A stretch of DNA of 64,000 nt from Eledone cirrhosa (taxonomy: Eukaryota). The translations under genes were made by a program, and so were the position numbers. Positions 56,295-64,000 of this stretch are shown here, piece after piece; position 1 is the stretch's first letter; each line of letters opens with the position of its first letter. The DNA lies in the NCBI GenBank assembly GCA_964016885.1, contig OZ024741.1, forward strand, positions 226,052,001 to 226,116,000. The letters are read 5' to 3'. Under the pieces are notes generated by a model. The model saw nothing but the letters and a program-made list of their open reading frames with translations, searched no databases and had not been told where the DNA came from.

Positions 56295-56339
<45 letters not shown>

Positions 56340-56699
56340 CGTGTGTGCGTGTATGTTTCAGTGTTTTATCATTTTATATTATAATATAAAATGATAAAAC
56401 ACTTAAACACACACGCACATACACGTGTTATACGACCAAAAGAGTTCGCATTCGTGCCTGTGGCTGTGTATCCTCTCCATACCAATCAATAATAATTTAA
56501 GAATCTTGAGATTCAAAATCGTATAACAGTTTCAGAAATAATTTGTTGGAACAATAATAAGGAATGACGTCTCTCTTAGCTGAAGAACATGAGTCATATA
56601 AGATTAACTTGTGTTAACAAATAATCTGACAGTGATAAACTTATTTTAGTATTCGATATTCAGCTAAAACAGCATATAGAATTGGCAGTTATGATATAC

Positions 56700-58030
56700 C
56701 ATCATCATCATATTAACCACAGTCGAACATTCCAGAGAAAGTCACAATATAATTCACGATTTCTATTGCTCCAAGCAATTTCCTCTTAATCAGCTGTGTA
56801 TCGTCTGAGAGTTGATAAATGAAGATTCGAACAAGTCTTCCTCTTATGCATCTGCTCTGAGTTGGTTCCCACAATAGTAGCTTGTGTGTAACTTCCTGCT
56901 TACTTCTCTAGCAATGTCCTGCAAATTGTAACCTTTGAGTAATTGTAGCTGTTATCTTTAGCACGTTTCCGTATATGCTTTCATTTGTAAAACCCTGACG
57001 CCAGTTTCTGTTTTCTACAACCCTAAATGGTTTAGTGTATGCACCATCTAGTTTCTTCTCAACCTCTTGTATCATGGTCAATGTACCAGATCCATACAAC
57101 ACTAACTTAACATATGCTCTGAAGAATGATACTTTGATTTGGGGGAGGTAGATATATTTGGAAATCTGGATAAGTTCATCAAAAAAGAACATTGATATTA
57201 GAATGTCCAAAGTCGGGGCTGCAATGAACAAAAAATAAATAAATAAATAAATAAATAATAAATAAAAAACAAAGGACGTGGAAGTAACTTCCACATCCTT
57301 TCTATTTTTTATTCTTTTGTTTATTGAAGCCCCGACTTTAGAAATGCAAATGTCAATGTTCGTTTTTGATGAACTTATCCAGCTTTCCAAATATAGAACA
57401 TCATCAACTCGATTTAGTATTCCGCCATCCAGTATGATAAGATTTCCATTTTCTTGGTAACACTGTCTTGTTAACACTTATGTGTAGTCCAATTTTCATC
57501 GCAAAGAATTCGATTTAATGAAGAAGTTCTTGAGCTTGATCAATAGTATTTGATAGAAGAGTTATGTCATCAGCAAAATCTGTATCACAGAAAGCAATTG
57601 ATAGATTTCGCTTAATTCTATTTTGTGTCAATGTAAAGCCGAGATCTTGTTCATTAACAATGGCTTCCCTTGCTGGGATATACAGCAAATTATGGAGGAA
57701 TTACTTCGTCAGTAGTTCCAGTTAAAATCTACAACAATCGTCTACTAAACAGAATAAGACCACATCTAGACCCGAAACTCAGAAGAAATCAAAATGGTTT
57801 CAGACAGAATAGATCGATTGTCTTACAAATATCAATACTGTGATGGCTACCAGAAGGCGTCAGATCAAAGAACCTGAAAGCTGTACTAACTTTCATTGAC
57901 TTTAAAAAGGTTTTCTACTGCATCCATAGAAGACAGCTTATGTTAATCCTAGTTTTATATGGCATACCTGATGCCATATTTTCTACTATAAATGTACTCT
58001 ACGTAAATTCGCAAGCGCAAGTTCTCTCTG
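56700..58030 (-). mobile_element. Decayed RTE-group LINE with inverted 5' part (57671-58030, plus strand)
   Basis: Minus strand: DFADDITLLS, YLESW, LYGS, LQFAGHC. Plus strand: LLNRIRPHLDPKLRRNQNGFR...FIDFKK...YGIP. Confidence 0.8.
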
Positions 58031-59643
58031 TTGTTATATTTGAAAGCCATAATAATGGAAGAATTCCACACAAATCCTATAATTAATAGAATACGTGGTA
58101 CATTAATAATCGTGCTCGACGTATGTTAAATATAGAGATTATAGGTAGAGAATTGAACTCGTAATCCTCTCGTGAATGTCAGGGCTGTCTGGGTTAGCAC
58201 GAGCTAGTTTTAACTTATTTTAACTTTGATCACTGCGGACTGGTTTGAACTCGGAAATTAATGCTAACGGAACATAGTGATTGAATGACGATGTATCGTT
58301 AAAGCATGACATTGCGCGCTTCATATTCGGCAGGGGAGACAACGCAGAATCTATAAAGTAATGAAAAGTAATTTAATGTACAATACAGCGACGAGTAAGT
58401 GTCATCTTTAGGGACGTTGTAATAAATTATGGTATTAAACATACGGCCATCTTTGTTCTGCCACTCATTACCCCACTCCTGAATTTATTCAAATGACTAC
58501 ACAGTAGAGACACCATGAGGTCTTTTGACTTGCAACAGAAAAATAGGCAAATTCTCTACTATACTGCATCCTACTATCTTGACATAAGGGATATGGGACA
58601 ATGCAGAAAAGACAAATTAATCGTAACTAGAACCTTTATGTACATAAGTTTGCTAAGTTTAAACTTAGTTCAAACACAACAACAACATTTGTGTTTAATC
58701 AGCGTTAACAGATATTGGACTAAAATGGCGGCATCTATAGAATACGTCCGTGTTGCCTCTAGAGGCATGAATCGGAAACTATTTCACTTTAATTATGTTT
58801 CTAATTCTCCCGAAGAATTGAATGATCACAAAAGAACATCACATACTAGTCTTTACACGCTATTTTAGAAATCAATATTTCTAGTTTTTATTGTTTATAT
58901 TTTTCAATCAGTATTTTATATAGTTAAAGGTGATAGATTCCCGAATCGATATAGAATCTTGGGACTTTTAGTTCTTCTGGCGTACATTCTAAATTAAAAT
59001 AGCATCGAAATCGAATTTTGTCTTGTATCCCTCCGATGTCAATAATATAAAGTACCAATCAAGTACTGGAGTAAATTTATTCAACCGATACTAGAGCTCC
59101 CTCACCAGACTTTCAAGGAAAATACAGCGATTAACAATCTGGAACGAAACTACATTAGGGTGCTTTCATTTTAAGAGGGTATGGGTATATGAACTCCAGC
59201 AATTACAGTTTTCCTATGATGTAGCAGCATGATCCCAGTTGTAAGCTTTGAAAGAGAGTGATGAAACAATTGTATACACATTCTATACCCAACGGTATTT
59301 GATATTCATCATTGTGACTGATGCATGTTAACTAAAAGGGTTATCACCAAGGAATTGAACACTTGATTACCTTAATGTCAGTAACGCCTTGTCATAGACT
59401 TGATTAACGTGTACTGCTGAGGACTGAATGGAGTGTTTGAGCTCAGAGATTTAAACTAACAGAGCATAATGATTGAATGAAGATATTTCGGTAAAAATAG
59501 CATTGGTTACTTCATATGAACCACACTGAGTTCGAATGTCACTGAATTCGATTTCCACCTTCATTGATCATCAATCAATATAGCATGTAGAAGTAAAGAT
59601 ACAGTCGATTGAGTTAACTACAAACTATATTCATTCTCTCTCT

Positions 59644-59734
<91 letters not shown>

Positions 59735-60074
59735 TCTCTCTCACTTTCTCTCTCTCTCTTTATGTGTGTGTGTGTGTTTTACTTGATAGATCTGAATGAT
59801 GACGCATTGTCCATGACTTTCAGAGACGCTCTGAGAATGGAGAGATAATATTCCGTTTGAACTGTTGCAGGTCCACTGCTTTAGGATAAACAATAACATG
59901 AAGAACGAAGGAATTCCAGAAGGTTGAAGTTTTGAGCAGGCATAGTTAATGCGTGGCCTGGGTCGGGATATACAACGATGTGTGAATCAAGTATGCATAT
60001 GACTAGCCAGCTTCGCGGAGCAGAAACACTTGTAATAGTAGTAGATGAAGTAGAGACTGGAAAAAACACAAATG

Positions 60075-60268
60075 TGGAGCAGAGGCTGGAAAGTGTCAGA
60101 GAGCATCAAGCACAATGCTTTATAGCATAGAGTTATGGCCCTTTACGTTCTGAGTTCAAATACCGCCAATGTTAACTTTGATCTCATCTTTACGGGGTCG
60201 ACAAAATAAAGCACCATTAATGCATTGGGGGTAATTGCTGGCCTTGTGCCAAAAGTAGAAATAATTAT
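60075..60268 (+). mobile_element. SINE copy (diverged head)
   Basis: Core and tail match the consensus. Confidence 0.8.
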
Positions 60269-60941
60269 TGATTAGGGTTTAGGTTGTGGGGTTACTTAAA
60301 TGGACCTATGAACTAGGGAAGAAACCTCTGCATAGTTCCTCACCCTGCTTAAAATAGCAGGCAAAACATTGCCTAAATATAATTCAATTGTCTTAACAAA
60401 TTGGGAGGAAACACTTAATAGTGTTGTCCTAGGTTCACTGAGTCTGGTACACGGATGACTGTTGCTACACTTTGGTACATAGCTCTATTGGAGATGGAGT
60501 TAACTAAAAACAAAAACAAAAACAAAAACAAAAACAAAAAAAAAGCGGCAACAAAATACAAAATGAACTTTGGAAAGTAGATTAATGTGATTGACTAGAA
60601 ACAATACAAAAAATCATTGGACAATGTAGTCCTCAAAATCTTTAAAATGACGGGATAACACTTTTACTTGGGATTCCAAATTGAAACTCAAAACCAACAA
60701 TTGTAAGTTGCTACTTTATTTTATTGATTCTGGAAAGATGAAAGGTAAAGTTGACTACCGGTGAGATTTGAATTCAGAATCTAGAAAGCGGAAATAAACA
60801 GCACAATAGTTATCTGACACTCTAACAATTCCGCTAATCCATTGCACTGGAAGGTAACTAAATAACAACAACAACATATGCAGGAGATTTCATCATATGA
60901 GACACTATCTGAAGCAGTATGTCGTTATTTTAAGGTATATA

Positions 60942-61126
60942 GGGCGGTGGATTGGCAGTATCGATAGAGAGTCGGACACCATGCTTTCCAGCATAGTTAC
61001 GTCCCTTTACGATCTGAGTTCAAATCCCGTCGAGGTTGACTTTGCCTTTCATCCTTACGGGGTCGATAAAATAAAGTACCAGTAATGCACTGGGTAATTG
61101 CTGGCCTTGTGCCTAAAGTAGAAACA
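60942..61126 (+). mobile_element. SINE with 18-bp TSD
   Basis: GTTATTTTAAGGTATATA at 60924-60941 and 61127-61144. Confidence 0.93.
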
Positions 61127-61332
61127 GTTATTTTAAGGTATATATTATTACGACATATTTACGCTAATGAAGGTGTTCCAGCAAAAGTCTACCACTTACT
61201 TTCTTTTATAACCCTATAATAATAATTAGGGAAAAAATTAATTAACCCATGTGATGAACTAATTTAGAAATGTCGATTCCAGCTTGATTTTTGTTTTAAA
61301 AATTCGATGTATAAAAATAAAAATGTATTGCC

Positions 61333-61364
<32 letters not shown>

Positions 61365-61372
61365 ATATATAC

Positions 61373-61462
<90 letters not shown>

Positions 61463-61610
61463 ATGCTTTGGGAGGGTCATGTTGCCAATAAGAAACACAC
61501 GCACCAGTTGCTTTCACTCCAATTTATTATAAATTAAATTTATAAATTTAGGAATTTATAAATTTCCGGTTGGTTGGTTGGTTCCACAACCAGACGATTG
61601 TTCATATATT

Positions 61611-61653
61611 GTCAAAGTTCTTTCGTCACACATTCTGTGACCTCTTCAGTGAC
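61611..61653 (-). ncRNA. Minimal hammerhead in PLE 3' repeat
   Basis: GTCA-CTGAAGA-G-GTCACA-gaatg-TGTGAC-GAAA-G-AA-CTT-TGAC. Confidence 0.7.
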
Positions 61654-61848
61654 TGGGGATTATTTTCTTTGTTTTTGTGCCTCTCCTTTGTTCTGTCCTA
61701 CGCCATCTTGTTTATGTGTGCGTTGTGTGCTTAGTTTGCGCATGTGTTACATCCGGGTGTCTGTGTGTGTTTATATTTGTTTATTTATTTGTTTATTTAC
61801 ATGTTACTGGTTGGTTGTTTGTTCTATGTGCGTGTTTTCATTTTGTCC

Positions 61849-64000
61849 TTAATTGTAAGTTGTGATGTTGCTATTCCATTCATGTTTTCTATTTAATTTT
61901 GGTTGGAGTTCATTTATGTTTATTGCCTCTGTGATTTGTCTAAACATTGCGTCTTTTCTGTGTGTAGATTCTATTTTAATTTCTATGCTCTCTAATTTAC
62001 CCTTATGTTCTATTTTAGAATGTTGGTGGGGTACAGATGATTCTTTACTATCTTGAAGCTCTCGCCAGTGTTCATTTATCCGTTCTTTTATACTACGAGC
62101 TGTCTAACCTATGTACACTATATTCTTATCTCTACATTGTCCTTCAGTACATCTTATGCTATATACTACATTTCTAGTTTTACAGTTAATATGGGGGCGT
62201 AGTTTACAGATTATACATTTCTTATCTATACAGGTAAGTCTTTGAAAAGGGTATGTATTACTAATAAGTGTTTTTATGGTGGTACCTGGTCTTTCTCCTA
62301 TCTTAATATTGAGTTTATGTTTATCTAGCGCCCTTCTAAATGTGTAAGCTAATTCACCTCCAGGGGTTGTATTGATGAACATTACACTCTGGTATTTATT
62401 GCTATCATACCATCAGTTTATTCTATTTACCTTATTCCTAGTTCTTTCTATTCTATTCCAAAATTTGCTCCTATTCAAGCGGCAGGTCCCATTTGTATCA
62501 TTATTTACCATTTTTTCCCATTTGGTTCTGGCACCTCTATATACTCTAATTTTATCTCTCTGATTGTAACCAGAGAACTGCATACGGTGGATGAAGTGTT
62601 TTATGTGTCTCTCAAGTTCTTTGGGGTTGCACATGCGGGACACGTTTCTCATCACCCGTACCAAATCCGCAATCAGTATGTTGATTTTGGTATGGTCCGA
62701 AACAGCTGAGTTTCGGTGGATCAGATATTTGGAAGTCATGGGTTTGGCATAATGGGAATGGAGGATTTGTTTTTTGTTATTAATTGTTTCTACTTTAGGC
62801 ACAAGGCCAGCAATTATCTCAGTGCATTACTGGTACTTTATTTTATCGACCCTGTAAGGATGAAAGGCAAAGTCAACCTCGGCGGGATTTGAACTCAGAT
62901 CGTAAAGGGACGTAACTTAATAGTATCTAACCAGATCTCTGTGTCTAGTACAGGTAATCGATGGTTGGGGTGTTTGCTTGGGTAGTCTATAGTAACTCTA
63001 ATACTCTGGTGGATGGAGTTAGCTATTTGCTGGATGCTTTCCATGGTGTGTTTCTCTAATTCCTGACTGTTCTCTAGTAGAGGTGTTTTTTCTACGATGT
63101 TTATATCATCAACGTAGCGGGAGTACATTATCAGGGTTAAGAGGTTGCTGTCTTCTAATTGTTCTTTAAGTTTAAATTTAAGTCTATTGTCCCACCATAC
63201 CATGAATAGGTTAGCTATGTCACCTGCAATGCTAACACCAATGGCTGTTCCCTCCTCTTGGGCATATGTTTTTCGTTTAAATTTGAACATATGTTCCTTA
63301 AGGGTTAATTTTATACTGGCCCCCACCGCATATCCAATAATTTTCTTTAGTTCATCGTGGTTTTCGGGGGTCCGTATGGCTCTGGACCACCCGTTCCATC
63401 TATCTGTGTGAGTTTTCTTGGCCATTGAGGTAATGGTAGGTGGTCTGCCTCTTGCTGGTCTTGTAGGGCACAGGTTGCTAAGGTCATATGTATCTAGATA
63501 ATCATTACTATTGGTAAGTTTAAGTAGGAGTCCCAGCTCACTGGTTTCAATCCCACGGAATTCAACATTGCTCTCACTGATCATTTCTACGCATTTCTCC
63601 ACGGCAAAATCCACGTCAATAGATGGATATAGGGACACAACATCCATACTACCTATTATGCAGTTTGTTAGGTCCCTAGATCGGTTACATTCGCTGATTC
63701 TGCTGAGGAGGCCCTCCGTGCTGTCACGTATATCTGGGGACATTTCAATGATGGGGAGAGGAAGTAGGAAAGTCTGTAGTTACTAGCAATGTTAGCTCTA
63801 CAGACTGGCCGTGTTGGTGGTCCTGTGACAGGGTCACTGCACGTTTCATGGTCTTTTCGAAGCCCATACAACGCTGGCCCGTTATTGTTCCAGGCCTGGA
63901 AGTTGTTAGCAGTCCTTTTGTTGGGCTGCATTATGTTTGTCCACATCATCATATGGGAATTGAGGGTTTTTTCCCTATCCTCATGCTCTTGTGGTGTTAC
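61849..64000 (-). pseudogene. Penelope-like element ORF (RT, Cys-rich linker, GIY-YIG); runs off the window
   Basis: LYGLRKDH, RPV, GSMDVVSLYPSI, GTAIG, YSRYVDD, PVLD, NVVY..C....YIG*TARS..ER..EH, EAI.I..LQPKLN. Confidence 0.9.
62785..62917 (-). mobile_element. 5'-truncated SINE interrupting the PLE RT
   Basis: SINE core and tail flanked by TAAT on both sides. Confidence 0.9.

Overview
AT-rich eukaryotic DNA full of microsatellites. It is probably intronic or intergenic octopus/cephalopod sequence; this is an inference from the SINE families and the (TA)n/(CA)n/(TCTA)n density. No intact host gene can be shown, only a few candidate small exons. The window is mostly retroelements: (i) about 20 tRNA-derived SINE copies, several with clear TSDs; (ii) two tandem, decayed Tx1/L1-type LINEs inside (TCTA)n, plus two 3' fragments; (iii) two R4/Dong-like RLE LINE fragments inside (CATA)n; (iv) RTE, CR1-like, CRE-like and mariner relics; (v) three Penelope-like elements (PLEs). 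The strongest unexplained signal is more than a dozen type-I hammerhead ribozyme (HHR) motifs, read by eye. They lie in PLE terminal repeats and in several short non-coding families next to (TA)n. These families form fold-back palindromes whose turning points fall at ribozyme helices. One family has a ~320-bp terminally redundant unit resembling a retrozyme. Its copies differ by compensatory changes in the catalytic core (C3-G8 vs U3-A8) and in helix II. Also present: a probable 28S rRNA fragment fused to the 5' end of an RTE-derived non-autonomous element. All family assignments come from motif recognition, not database searches.
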